Shown piece after piece: positions 25,016 through 38,300 of a stretch of 64,000 nt of DNA. The stretch lies in NCBI GenBank assembly GCA_905178155.1, contig CAJINV010000001.1, forward strand, positions 13,905,791 to 13,969,790. The letters run 5' to 3'. Both the position numbers and the translations under genes were made by a program. Numbering within the stretch: the stretch's first letter is position 1; each line of letters begins with the position of its first letter. The notes under the pieces were generated by a model, which had not been told where the DNA came from, searched no databases, and saw only the letters and a program-made list of their open reading frames with translations. Origin of the DNA: Amoebophrya sp. A120. Taxonomy: Eukaryota; Protista; Dinoflagellata.

Positions 25016-28000
25016 ATGACGAAAGTTGTCGAGGAAAACATCGCGGAACCCCTCCTCGTTTCCGAGGCGGCCGAAGCTGCGGACAAGGTGTGACTCTTTT
25101 CCTTGTCTTGTACCTACCATTTTTGTCGGGTGAATCTTTCAGCAGCCAGTAACACCAGGGCAGGAGGTGCAGTGTCATTTTCGTATAGAGTTTGGACATC
25201 TTCAACCAAACTGGAAGTTAGTTGTAGGCAAATGAAATGAAGACTATCAAACAAGACTGTAAGCCTAGTACGCTCTCTCCACCATGCTCAACAGGTTTGT
25301 CCCGGCGACGGATCAGATTCCGAAAGAAGTTCAGTGAACAAGGCTCCTTGCGGGGCGACCAGTGTGCAGCTAGAGGAACCGGATCTCGTTACCACGAGCG
25401 CGATGATCATCAAAAAGGACGAAGCGGTGGCCGCTCCGCCTTCCAGTACTGACGGCGACGCGTCTTCGACGGAAGTGCATGTCGTTCGTCACAGCCAAAG
25501 CGAGCACGAAACCGAGGACACTGAAAGAGCCATCACAGAGATCCTGACCAAAGCGCCAGCGGGCACGGCAAGAAATGAAACAAGTTCACGTTCTACCGCG
25601 TCGTGCGATGAGCCGCGGCCAGATGATAACCTGGCTTCCAAGGAAGCATCGCAGGAAGAGAGCGAGCGGGAGGCTGGTGTGGAGCAGCATGCAAATGCTG
25701 TGTCGGGCTCTGCCACTGACGAAAAGGAAAAGCATCCGCAATCTGCTAGCGCCGATGCAACTTCTGCACTACCATCAGCACCTGCGGAGATGGCAAACAA
25801 GGCAAACGAAGACTCAGGCGCGACTGTGTCTGAAGTGCTGCAACAGGCAGATGCTTCATCTACGTTTGATCATGGCGCGCAACAAGAAAAAGAAGAGCAG
25901 GAAGTACAACCGACTTCTACAGATTGTGAAACAGGTGCCGAAGAAGCATCTTCTTCGCTAGTCAATGAGAACCATAAACCGCCCTCCGTGCCCACAGTTG
26001 CAGACGTACTGGCGTCACCACTTGAATTTGTCTGGTCGGAGAACCAAAAGGCCCGGATGAACGTCACCGGCGGAGATACGGAGCGGACAATCACCTGCAA
26101 AAAAATCTCGTATTTTTGGATAGTTGAGTACTTAAGCGCGAATGCAACTGATCATGCAAAAGCAATGCGGCTTTAGGCTTCCTTCAGACATCTTGTGCAT
26201 CTACTTGTGAAGTAGATGTTAGAGAACACAAAGAAAATTTACGGGATGGATTTGGTCTATTATCTGACATGGTTTTTGTCTTGCCTGGGCTGTCACGACA
26301 ATTGAATTTTCATGCTTTGTCCAGGTATATCCTCCGGCACTTTCATCACCGCACGACGCACGACAAGGACAGCTGGATGAAGGGAACGGAGTTACTGACC
26401 CTGCTCACCGACCCGCACGACCCCCACACGTTGTCCGACCTGCTCGTTTTCCTCAAGGAGTGCAACGAGGAGAAGGCCAGGTACGAGATCCGTGGGGAGG
26501 ACAGCGTGCTGGAGGTGCGGGCCAACCGCCGGGTAGATCCGGCTACGTGCCACGCGAATGCTGCGGCGACCGGCGGTAATCAACATGGGCAACATCATCT
26601 TCACGCCGCACATCATGGTGGAAGTTACCATGTTCACAGAGACAATTACCAGCACCACAGTGGTAGAGGAGGACCTTCACAAAGGGATCCAAATCTCAAT
26701 CACAACTCATCATCACACCACAGTAGTACCAAGAATCATCACAACAGCAACATTCACAAGCACTACCAGAACCAGGCGGTTTACACAACCGAAGATGGAC
26801 TCGCAGGGATCGCCACGACGTCTGGGGGCGCAACGAGCAGTGGGGGTGGGGAAAGCATCAAGACGTCGCGACCTCCGCGGACTGCTTCCTCTGTGAGAAG
26901 CAAAAGCAGTGGGGGTAGGCTTTTTTATTGTGTTTGCTTCTTGAGTACTTGAGAAAGAGAATGAGATCCTGTCGCGTTTCAGAAGTTGCCTTGATGTTTT
27001 TGTTGCATGCAGACAAGGAGATCTACTTCTACATCGCAGTCTGAATTTCCCTGAAGCTGCAAGTCTCTCCTTGACTAAGTATAAGTAAATCTAAATCAGT
27101 ATCGCTCATGGCCGACATTAAAAGGTCGTAAGTTAACCGGCCTCGACGTCGTGTCCAGCGCCGAGACGGCTTCGGCTCAGTCACGATCGAAATCTCCGGC
27201 TCACCGAAATAAGAAGAAGCAGAAGGGAACGTCCAAAGGGTCGAAGACCACGACTGGCACCAATAATCACAAGAGCAGCCCCGCCGAGGACCAGCTTTCG
27301 CACGCGGATGAAGCGGGCGCGTCAGGCGAGGCTGACGTAGAGACGTCAGCGAAAGTAAAAAAGACAAAGCACGCCAAAAAGAGCGAGCGGACGCAGCAAG
27401 TGGAGAAGACAACCACAACAGGAGCTGCACCTTCTTCAGGGGAAGCAGGCACTGCAAGCAAAGGCTCGGGGAAACAGAAGAATAAAGCGAACAAGAGTGC
27501 AAACAGCTCGAGTAAACCACGACGCGAATCAGAAGTTGAAGTCGTCGCTGGTGCAGTAACCGCAGCACCAGATCACGTACACGTAGACGCTTGCAGTAAA
27601 GATGAAGATAATGCAGCAGTTTCAGTTAGCTCTGCAAAGATTGATGGAGACGAGGAAAACATTAAAGAGAAAGGAAAAGTAGAGCAGGACGCTGCAGGAG
27701 CTCAGGATACTGCAGCCTCCGCAGAGCGTAATGACTCGCCGACTACAGAACCAACGCTAACGCAGAAGCAACCGGGTGCGAGCAAAAAAGCGAAGGCCAA
27801 CAAGAAGAGAAAGGCTGCTAGTCAAAAAGCCTCTCCAGCTAGCGCTACCGCGGGTGACGAAGCAGAACCACTATCGAAAAACCCAGGCACGGAAGCTGAC
27901 GAAAAAGATGAAAAATCCAGCAAGTCCTCTACTAGTACTGGCGCAGAGCCTTCAACAACTACGCCATCTAAGCAGGCCGCACAGCGCGCGAAAGGTAAGT

Positions 28001-30519
28001 CTAAGGAGAGAGATAACACCGGAGGTGAAGGAGCATCAGAAGCAACGAAATGTAAGACCGCCGCTTCTACGCGCGCAACGACGGCTTCGAACTCGCGAAA
28101 GCGCAGCAAGGAGAAGGGAAAAAAGGTGAACGAGGAACTGTTTGCGCAGAAGTACGGTCTCGATGAGCTTGCCCTGCGTAAGTTGCACGAGCTTCCGCCG
28201 GAAAAGCAGCAAGAGGCAATGAAGAAGTTCAATCCGGTGCGGGCCATCGCTGTCGAGGATTACTCGCGAGTCTTCATGGCTTTCATGAAAAAGTTGCGCG
28301 ACCCCGAAGAAAAGCAACCGGGCCCAAATAGCAACGCCATGATCCGAATGTGGAAGCCCGGAGAAGATTTCGTCCCGTCCGGCGTTGTTGGGGGCGAGGT
28401 GCCGCGAGCCGCCATGGAACAAGCACCGGAGCAAGACGCGACGCCCCAGCCCTTGCAGTTTTACGAGTACAACAGGAGATCGATCTTTTTTGTTTGTTGA
28501 ACGATTTGATGTCTCATCTGTAGTTCACATGATGATAGACATAGATTTTGCATCCGTTGTACAGCGAGGCTCGCACTCGAAAAAGAAACTCAAGAATCAG
28601 ATTTTGACTTGCTTAAACTGCTGAACTAAACAGGGCGGATGCAGCAGCTGTGCCGCAGTTCGTCTTCGTAAACTACGATCCAAGCAGTGTAGGGGCAAAG
28701 ACGGGAGCAGCTACGTTGGTACATGTGGATGCAAACGGTATTGCTGAGTGATTATCTTCTACTTGTTCTTCGGAACTCGTATGATTATCTTTACAGTTGC
28801 TATCTTTGGAGAACAACCTCAGTGCCGTTGTCGTGTCAGTCCGTTTCCTGTCGAATAATAAATTCGCTTTGTCTTCACAAAATCAAGACAACTACAGGGA
28901 ACATGATTCCGGCGGCTTCAACGGCCACGGGCGCGGGAGCGACGCTGGCGTCAACGGCCTCTACACCGGTGGCTTACGCCTACCCCGCAGCTGCGACACC
29001 CGGGGCGACCCACCAGTACTACATGGTCCCAACGACTCCGACAACCGCCTGCTTCGCGATATGGCGTTCTCAAACGTTACATTCTCAACTGTTACATGAA
29101 ATTTGTCATGCAAGAACGGCAAAAGTGAAAGGGAAAAGATTGGGCCTCTTGCATTACAGGTTTGGAGCAGATTATGATGCTATCTAGCGCGTCGAGAAGT
29201 TGTCATGCAGAGAAGGCTTGATCGTGTGAAGAGCGACAGTGTTTTTGCATGACAGATCATGTAACAGTTGAGAATGTAACATTTGAGAACGCCATACGCG
29301 ACCTCGACTCCCGTCAGTGCCATTTACCACTCGACCACAGGGGCGGCGGCGACTGCCACTCCAGTTTCGGCCGACACTGCCACACCAGGTTCGTTTGTTT
29401 CCGACGATGTTCACGTTTACCATCATCATGTCTTTCACAGTAGTAGCCCAACGCATGCACAACATGCTCTCTCGTCTTTTGGTGGTGCAGCAGGGGAAAA
29501 TCTCATGTCCATGCCTACCGCAATGCCAAGCGCCACGCCAAAAGCAATGGCCGCAACTTGTGCGACGAAAGCCAGTTTCAGGAAGAACAGTAACAGTAAG
29601 GCGCTTCTTGCGCCTCTTCCGGAGAAAAACAAGAATAAGAAACCGCTCGTAGCTGCGGTAGGGACAGCACCGTACGACGCGTTTAGTGGCGTGTTTTTTG
29701 CAACAAACCAAGGAACAGAGGCACAAGACGGCGACAAAGAAAAACGAAAGACGATGAAATCTACAAGTCCCTCATCCAATGTAAGCTCAGCTGCTGTTGC
29801 AGTTGCGCCCCCGCCCTACGGTGGTGCTTTCAATAATAGTGAGAACTGCGTCCGTGATTCTGGCGTGAGCAGGTACCCGAAGCAAAGCGGCGCCACACTT
29901 TATCCGGTCCAGACAGGGGCGCGCGATGCTCTTCTCATAGCTGCGACCGCTGCTGCGCAGCAAGAAAGCTCAGTCAACCCTCTCATGGCTGGAAGTATCA
30001 GCAGCAGCGGTAGTAGCGAAGCATACGTTGTCGCCGGCGACTTCCATTACAATAACTACTACGGTGTTGATGCCCGCGGTCAGGCACAGTGGCAGACCGC
30101 TTCTGCGAATGATGGAAATATGAACAGTGCTACACCTCCCACCTTCTACCAGCTCTTCGGATAAACAGATTTGGTGTGCTTGAGTGTGAGCATGTTCTAG
30201 AAAAGACAAAGAAATCTTCTAAAACAACTACGACGCGCTTTTATCCATTTTAAGAACAGCCACGAAGATCTGGATCCTGTCGTGATTGATTCTAAAGGCT
30301 TTTTCAAGAATGTGAATGCTCGCTGTCGCTGTTCTACTCGTCTCTATCGACCTGCTCTGCACGACTTCTTTACACAGAGCTGTCGATGGCGTTTCTCTTG
30401 TTGGAACGTGTTAGCTCGTGGCTACATGGTCTCTTCTTTTTTTGTCTTATTTCAGGTAGCGTATCGTCCTCGTCGAAAAACCAGCAGCATTCGAAAACGA
30501 AAAATCGACCTTCCAGCGC

Positions 30520-30552
<33 letters not shown>

Positions 30553-31143
30553 CTACCGGATTCGTCCTGGGGCTTTCCAGCAGTTTGCACAACCGGTGTT
30601 CACGGCCGCGCCCACGCAATACGCAACGGCTGCTGGGGCATCGCATCGTACTGCGAAAATATAATCGCGACGCGTTGTTCTACCTAGGTTGCGTTTCTTA
30701 TTCTTGCCTTTATCGTAAATGTTCACGTTCAGTGTGTGTAGAGTTGTTAGATTTCTTGTTCTCTCCCTTGGCTCTGTGTCTCGTCTCCTCTATTCATTGT
30801 TGGTTGAGTAAGTTGTGCCGCCCCGCCGTATGGTCATGGTGCTGGGTTACAAGGGTTACTGATCATGAATGGCAAACACAAAGAAACAATTACAGAAACG
30901 CTGTACAATCCTGCGGCCACGTGGGCTACACTGATGCCTGCGCAGCAGATGCAGCAATTCTACAACCCTGCGGCGAGGACGCAGCACCGACATAAAACCG
31001 TTAGTGGAGCAGGACGGCCGCAGCAAGTGTCACAACCGCCACGTAGTGCGGTGAGAGGAGCAACAAGTGGAGGTACAACTTCCGCGGCTACTTCATCTAC
31101 GGCGAAGCACACCGGGGACGACGCATCGAAAGCTACTTTATGA
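25016..31143 (+). CDS. Multi-exon low-complexity putative RNA-binding protein with a Tpt1/KptA N-terminal-lobe-like domain and an hnRNP-Q acidic-domain-like module
   Basis: Splicing 26110-26324 gives TCKKISYILRH...DKDSWM...KARYEI...VRAN. 28135-28300 reads YGLDELALRKLHELPPEKQQEAMKKF...YSRVFMAFMKKLR. Several exon junctions are inferred. Confidence 0.55.
29060..29296. mobile_element. TIR-bounded introner-like element (intron of the 25016-31143 gene)
   Basis: 40-bp near-perfect TIR TATGGCGTTCTCAAAYGTTACATTCTCAACTGTTACATGA; flanking direct repeat CGCGA; removal restores the frame (ACFA|TSTP). Confidence 0.9.
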
Positions 31144-32665
31144 ATTTTATGTTGAAGTCTGCAGCATGTCCTCTCCATCGTAGCGGGCACATCGTGAATG
31201 AACCACAACATGTAAACAAAATCTATCAACGCGCGTCAGTCTCTTCTTCGTATATGGCATGAAGAATCTACTTTTTCAATTCATCTAGCTTCGCCTGTTG
31301 TGCTGGACCCACGACCTCACGCTACCTAGTACTAATTTCAATTTCCAGAAAAACGGTCTTCTGGTACTGAACAATTTGAATTTCATCCAAAACCAAAAGA
31401 TATTGTCTCCACCACTTAGTCTATCCCGCTCCTAGTAGTTGAACGAAGAAAGACTCCCAGACTTAAGTTCAAACTTATCAGAAATAACACGACTTCCCTC
31501 GATCGGTACTCTTACCTGAGGTTCTGAAAACATGTTTTGCAGCTTTGCAATTTTGCTATTGCTCCTTGACAATTTCGCATAAGTATCTTTCTACATAAGA
31601 GCAGAAGATGAAGAATTATTTTCCTGTCTTCGTCGCACCCAGCAGCCGCAACGGTGTCGGCTCGTCTTCTGCAAAGGGGTTGGCCCTAGTTAGTATGTGT
31701 ACGGAATTGATGACTATGCGACCTTCACTCCAGCAGAAGAACAGCCGGCGCACTGTTTACCGCAGTTGCTGACCGAATATGAACGAAAAGAACAAAAAAT
31801 GAAACTGTATGAAATGTAAGGACGGCTTCTGCTGATGTGGATGCATGTCGGCGGGCGGTACTTACTTCTCCTGTCACAGAGAGGTACTTGGAACCAAGTA
31901 CTTGGTATGACCATGGTATAATGCTGATTCTGATAATATGCAATGAAAATGAATGGAATTCGAATTTTGATATCTTGTGCCTGCCACCTGCTCCGCAAGC
32001 TGCGCTAACAAGTAACTGCTTCTGCTGCAAAATCTGGCGCTGAGATTCTCTTCATGTTTTGACCGGAATTAGAAATAGACGCACAAACATGAGCTCCGGC
32101 AGTGACAGATGAAGATCAACCCAGAGGACACAAAAAGCACTCACTAGGATTTTTGCTCCGGGAAATCGAGATCAGCGAGCTGTTCCTGAAGATCGAGATC
32201 CTTCTACACGGTTAGTAGGGATGAAAAAATTGCTTGACGCACGGAAGCACCTGTAGCCGAAATTATTACTGGCTTAACCAGACGGTAATATTCTGATCTG
32301 AATCATGCTCATGATCCATCCGTAATCTACTCCGTGATCCTGTCAGTCAAAAATCCATTTTGAGAAGGGACCTACGAACCCAAGGGACGCAGCAATTTTT
32401 TTCGAAAAGCAAAAGATCTATTACTATTTTGATTTTCTGTGTCATGTTGTACCATGATGAAGATGACATGATGCTCACTTCTAAAACATTGCATATGTCC
32501 TTGAGTCGTTCGCAAACTTCAGTCAGCGACCCCAGTTCTCATGTTATCCCTCTCGTGAAGATCATCCTCCTGCTTGCCCCGATTTATGATAAAACTCCCC
32601 AAGAAGAAGCCGATCCCAATATCATTGATATACAGCCCTAGTATGGAAGCAGCGCAACAACTCTC

Positions 32666-34714
32666 TTGCGTGTTTTTCCGTTGATCTCATCGAATTCGAA
32701 AGACATGTTAGAACTACAGCAACATCAGATGGACGGATTTCCGCCGCGAAAAAGGGTGAAGCAACAAGCGGCAAGTGGCTTGGAGGATTTCGATTGTTAC
32801 AAGCTGCATCCAGAATATTTGCAGTGCGTGCCAGCCTTGGAATGTCCTCGCGATGTTTTCGAGAACCATCAGGGTGCGGATCCTGAACCACCGGCACCGC
32901 TAGCGCCCGCTCATCTGATCCTACCAACTACCGGTGCTGGCAAATGTTCCTCCGTAGCAAGCTCAAACAAAAGCGCCGCCGCCACAGTCGTGGTGTCCCT
33001 GGAGCAGACGTTGCTAGGCAACATCAAAGCGACGGCACTAGGCGCCGACCACCCGTCGAGTACTACCCCTGAAATGAGCACGATGACTCCCGACAGAATA
33101 CTTGACAAACTGGTTGTGCGCAGCAGAAGGACATTAGAGGATGAAGACGACAGTCCGGCAAAGAACGTCACTGCGTTTTTCCTCAGCGAGCGCTCGCCCG
33201 ACCAAACTTGCAGTGGAGGCGCACTGTTCGCAAAACGCACAAATATTCTTACCGAGTGTCACTGCCAGAATGCCGTGCCTGATGAACATGAACCAGGAGC
33301 ACCTACTACATGGTCCTATGGTCGTGCAAAAGAGTTCCAAATCCAACCGCCTCCGCTTGGCGACGGAGAAGTAGACCAGATTTCCTTTCTGCGCATCCTA
33401 GACGCAGATCCCGAGGGAGCAGTGTTTGTCCTGGCTGGCCGGACGCGGGTGGAAAGTGCTTTTGCCGCTGCGTTGTCGGGGACGAAATCCGCCTTGAGTG
33501 GACGCTGGAGATACTTCCTGTACTACTGCAGGAGTAGAGATGAGAACAAGAATAATTTTTCGGGTACTACTAGTTCTTCGACCGGTGTTGAGCTCTTATC
33601 TTACGCGGGTGAGATCGATTTCATGCCGGCCAGTGTGCAACAGCTCGAGCAAGAAGAAATCGAGGCGCTGCAGGGGGAAGTAGAAGATATGGAGCAAGCA
33701 GATGAAAACATGCGAACAGAAGGACAGCAGGGAGCTACCGTTGAAGCTGATAGTCGCAAAGCTGAGCAGCCGTCGCCTTCCAACACAGTCACAGCGACAA
33801 GTAGAGCCAAAGAGTCGCGCTTAGCTCTCGACCGCGACCTGGAACGCATCAAATACGTGGTCGCGCGGAGACGAAAAAACAAAACGCAGGAAAACATTAC
33901 GGACAAGACCAGCGACGTAGCGGTAAAGATCTATTTGGTGGACCACGAAAATCTGCTCCGCTCGGCGGATGCAACACTACCCTGTTCGAACACGCCCCCA
34001 AGTGGAACAATTGCTCAAGAAACCCGACAAGTCCTCCTGCACCCGAGCGGTCCCTTGCTTCCGGATACGATCTGTGGCCTCGGACCACGAAATCATTCCG
34101 GCGGTCGTTTGCTTGCGAGATACCGCAAACACCACGCCGTGTTGGTTCATCTGCGCGCGGATGAAGGGAGGTTCACCGTGGAAAGCGACGCGGGACAAAT
34201 TTGCCCTGGGATTGCTGCCGTGTGCGATTCACGGGGCGGAAGATTTCGCCGATTATTTTTCAACAGCGAATTTATCGTCGTCGTCGAGGAGAACACAAAA
34301 TTAGACGTCGATCTGATGGAGGACGAGTCTCACGAAGACCCTACAACATCGTCGTCCGCGCGCACGCTCCTCCTCTCGATTTTCCCCTTCTTGCCAAACT
34401 GTAATCTGCCTGACAAGTCTACTGTTCGTGTGGCAGCTACCGCGAGTGTGTCCGCCCTGCTCGGAACGGATCTTCCGATCGAAAGCGTGCTTCACTTGAA
34501 GGACATCAGCGAAACGGAGATGGCGTTTTTTGACGCAAAAACGCACAAATGGCAAGTTCTGAAAGCCAACAACGAGGAGCATGCAATTCTCAACACTGTG
34601 AAGAAGGTAGATCCGGCTCAGATGACAGCGGCTGAGAACGATGAGGATGCGATATTGCCTAATGGAATTCGGAAGGCAGCACTTCTACAGTTTCTAGATC
34701 GAATGGAAGAATAG
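32666..34714 (+). CDS. Hypothetical protein (~670 aa), single exon
   Basis: 682-aa ORF, first ATG at 32705; no family recognised. Confidence 0.65.
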   Translation: MRVFPLISSNSKDMLELQQHQMDGFPPRKRVKQQAASGLEDFDCYKLHPEYLQCVPALECPRDVFENHQGADPEPPAPLAPAHLILPTTGAGKCSSVASSNKSAAATVVVSLEQTLLGNIKATALGADHPSSTTPEMSTMTPDRILDKLVVRSRRTLEDEDDSPAKNVTAFFLSERSPDQTCSGGALFAKRTNILTECHCQNAVPDEHEPGAPTTWSYGRAKEFQIQPPPLGDGEVDQISFLRILDADPEGAVFVLAGRTRVESAFAAALSGTKSALSGRWRYFLYYCRSRDENKNNFSGTTSSSTGVELLSYAGEIDFMPASVQQLEQEEIEALQGEVEDMEQADENMRTEGQQGATVEADSRKAEQPSPSNTVTATSRAKESRLALDRDLERIKYVVARRRKNKTQENITDKTSDVAVKIYLVDHENLLRSADATLPCSNTPPSGTIAQETRQVLLHPSGPLLPDTICGLGPRNHSGGRLLARYRKHHAVLVHLRADEGRFTVESDAGQICPGIAAVCDSRGGRFRRLFFNSEFIVVVEENTKLDVDLMEDESHEDPTTSSSARTLLLSIFPFLPNCNLPDKSTVRVAATASVSALLGTDLPIESVLHLKDISETEMAFFDAKTHKWQVLKANNEEHAILNTVKKVDPAQMTAAENDEDAILPNGIRKAALLQFLDRMEE

Positions 34715-35341
34715 AAGAAGTTGAGAACGTCGGAATACGCATGTTGTAATGGAAATTTTCTTAAGAGGCCCTGCCCTCACTTCCTCCTTTGGTCATTCTC
34801 AGCAACAGCCTGGCTTGCCGACAAAGTCAGTAAAACATTGTCAACGTGTTCAAGAACCATGTCCGCGAGATCAAAGCGGCCCCAGCTCCTCCAATACCAT
34901 GTGCGCTTCCCTTTTCGCCTAAAGTGTCGTTTTATCCATGGAACGAGATCCAGTTGCCCTGTTTTACTTTAGAAAGAATGTCGACACGCACACGACCAAA
35001 AGAACGCGCTGCTGATCCACCGAGGAGAGTTAGTATAGCTAGAACCCAGTAGTTCCTTTCCATCCTCACTTTCTGTGGTCGCGCTGCCGACAACACAAAA
35101 AAGAGAAAAAACGTTCAGTTTCTGCCAGCGACAAAGATCCATGTTGTTCCTTTTTCTCTAAACAGCTGTTGAAGCTGCATGCTTTTTCCGATTTTCGTGA
35201 CTCTAGCTGCCAATGTACCAGTACTATGCGGGCGGCATCCCATGAAATGCGCCGAGTCAGCTCAGGTATAGCAAAGTAAGAATCTTGATCTTCAATAGAG
35301 CGACCACGCACAAGCACGACCTCAGATTTGATAAATTCAAG

Positions 35342-38300
35342 ATGCCGCCGAAGCAGCCTTCCTCCGGGCTGCCCCTGGAGGGCAAGACGTTTGTGTTCAC
35401 GGCCGAAATGGAGTCTCTGGACCGTGAAACCGCCAAGGACAAGATCAAAACGCTGGGCGTATCAAAAGGGAAAATCCCCCCATCCCATATCGAAAACGAA
35501 ATTTGTGATGCTGTATTTCTATTTGGAAACACAAATCGACTTGTAATGCTAGAAGGCCAAGAGCCGCAGGCACAGTTGTGGCCTCGTTTGCAGGCAATTT
35601 GTCATGCTGTTTCCCATTTCCAGCTGCTTCCTGTCATGCTGAAGATGCAAGACTTCCCCACGCCACCCGGCACTACAGTGCGCATCTTTTCCCTTCTAGC
35701 ATGACAAAGCTGATTTGTGACTGCAAATCTGCATCACAGATTTTGGCTCAAGACCGCGGCCTTTTTTTTTCAACCTTTCATTTCTTGGATTTTTTCAGCC
35801 AAACAAAAAAGCAGGTCGCAACAGGGAGAGGGATCATGACTAGCCACGTAGATGTCGTTGAACATCCGGCAGGAAAATCCCTACCCCTGCAAGCTCGGGC
35901 GACGTGGTAAGGCAGACGGGAACGCCCAATAAACCTTCACTAGATCGCATGCAAACAGGCCTCGGCACCTGTTTGCATATCGGTCGACGTGAGCACCGCG
36001 GCAGCATTAAGGTCAAAATGAAAAATAGGAATGAGATTCATCGTAAGTTTAGTAAACAAACTGCCGCCATGTAAAAAAAAAAAATCTGCATCACAGATTT
36101 CCGTATTGATATGGGGAGGGGGGATTTTTCTTCTTGATAGGGCGGCAAGGCCACGGATTCCGTCAGCGGCAAGACCTCGTACCTGGTTGCCGGCTCCCGC
36201 CTGGAGGGCGCGGGCGCCCCGGGCACCGTGGAAGAGACTTCCAAGTACCGCAAGGCGGAGAGTTTAATTGCGGAGGGCAAACCCCTGATCATTCTGCGCG
36301 AGCAAGAGTTCTTGCAGCTCCTCGAGGCGGCCGAGCAGAAAGCCGCCGGTACTTCTGCAACTGGTGGTGCCGCGGCCGGGCGAGGACAACAACTCCCTTC
36401 GCCGATGCAGCAGGGCGGGTCATCTGCCTCTTCCGGTGCAGCGGCTGCCCGCAGTGCAGCTGGACCTGCGGTCGTGCCCGCGAGTATGACTACGAAGCCG
36501 AATGAACACATTCCCTGGGTCCTGAAGTACGCCCCGAAGTCGGTGGACGACCTGCAGGGCCACCAAACGCAGGTGAAAAAGTTGCGCGAGTGGCTTCGAG
36601 ACTGGGACGACGTCGTGCTGCGCGGGAACAAAAAACCGGCGGGCAACTTCCGCGGACAGGTCGAAAACGTGAATGCCCGGGGCGCACTCATCACCGGGCC
36701 GCCGGGGATCGGAAAAACCACCGCCGTGAAGATTGTGTGCGAGGAGTTCAAGGACACGCACGTGGCGCAGTGGTACAACGCCTCAGACTCCCGGGGTAAG
36801 AAAGCGATCGACCAGCTGGCCATGGGGCTCGCACAAGTGGCGGGGGTGGACTGGACCGCCGGGGCTACGCTGAAGGAACAGAAAGTGACGAAACGGACAA
36901 TCATCGTGATGGATGAAGCAGATGGTAAGTGCTTCTAAGCAAAATAAGCCTGCAAGAAGCCATGTTGTCGGGCGTTACTATTGGTAAAGTAAGTGCTTGT
37001 AGTTGTCTGCTTTTTCTTTCGGAGTAGTACCATACCAAGATGGTGCTTTGTTTCTCCAGTACTCGTACTGACTTCTGTTCTCACTGTCACTTTTAGGTAT
37101 GGGCGCTGGCGACCGCATGGGTACGTCGGCGCTAGCAAAGCTGATTCAAACCACGTCAAACCCGGTGATTTGCATTGCCAACGATGGCAGCAAGGAGCAG
37201 AAGATGCGGACCCTGGCGAGCAAGTGCTACGACCTGAAGTTTTTCCGGCCCATCAAAACGCAGATTGCGAAGCGCGTCGCGTTCATCTGCGCACAGGAGG
37301 GCATTCGCGCGGAGCCCAACGCGCTGGAGGCCCTGGCGGAGGCCACGGGGAATGACCTGCGCCAAGTGATCACGCAGTGCCAGGCGCTGGCCGCGCGCGG
37401 CACGCAAACCATCGACGCTGGGGCCTTGACGTTTGCGAACGTGAAGGACAAGGTGAAGCAAATCGAGAAGGACATGACCATCGACGGGTTCGGGGGCGCG
37501 AAGAAACTGCTGGACGCGCGGGAGCACAAAAAGATGAACTTCCACGAGCAGATTATTACAGTGAAAAGTACCCCCCACCCCTGAAAATTCAAAAATTTGT
37601 GATGCGAAGTTTCCAAATGAAAGCTTTTTGTCATGCATGAAAGAAGTATGAATCTTTCTGATGCAGAGTCTAGGCGTGTATCGCATCGCTTGCATGACAA
37701 GCGCCGCTCTTGCTGGAGTCTTTTGCAATGCAAATTTTTGCTATTCACGATTGGACACCTGTGATGCTGATAGATGCAAGAGAGCGAATGTTTCATTTGG
37801 AAAGGTTTGCGAATACAAATGCTCCGGGGTGGGGGCATTTTTCATTGTAATACAGATGGACGCCTACTTCGCGGACTACGACCTGGTGCCGTTGCTGGTG
37901 CAGGAAAACTACATCAAGTACTACGAGCAGGCCAACGGCAAAAGCGTGTCCGACGTGGCGTTCGCCGCGGACCTGATTGCGCAGGGCGACTACTGCAGCA
38001 AGGTGCTCCGCAAGGAGAACGCTTGGTCGTTGCTCCCGGACGTGGGCCTGTGCGGCAGTGTGTACCCCACCGCGAAAGTGTCTGGGTTCCGCAACTTCCC
38101 AGACTTCCCGCAGTGGCTCGGGAAGAACTCGAGCGCGAACAAATCGAAACGAGTGGTGAAGGACTTGAGTGAGGCGGTGTGGAAAAAGAGCGGCATGAAC
38201 CCGGACCAAATGATCCAGACCGGCTTTGCCGAGCTGCTGTACACGAAAATCATCGGATTTTTGAAAAAGGGCGACATCCCCCGGGCCGCCGCGCAGCTGG

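Noticed and set aside
30522-30551. CAG microsatellite
   Set aside because: Ordinary polyglutamine coding tract
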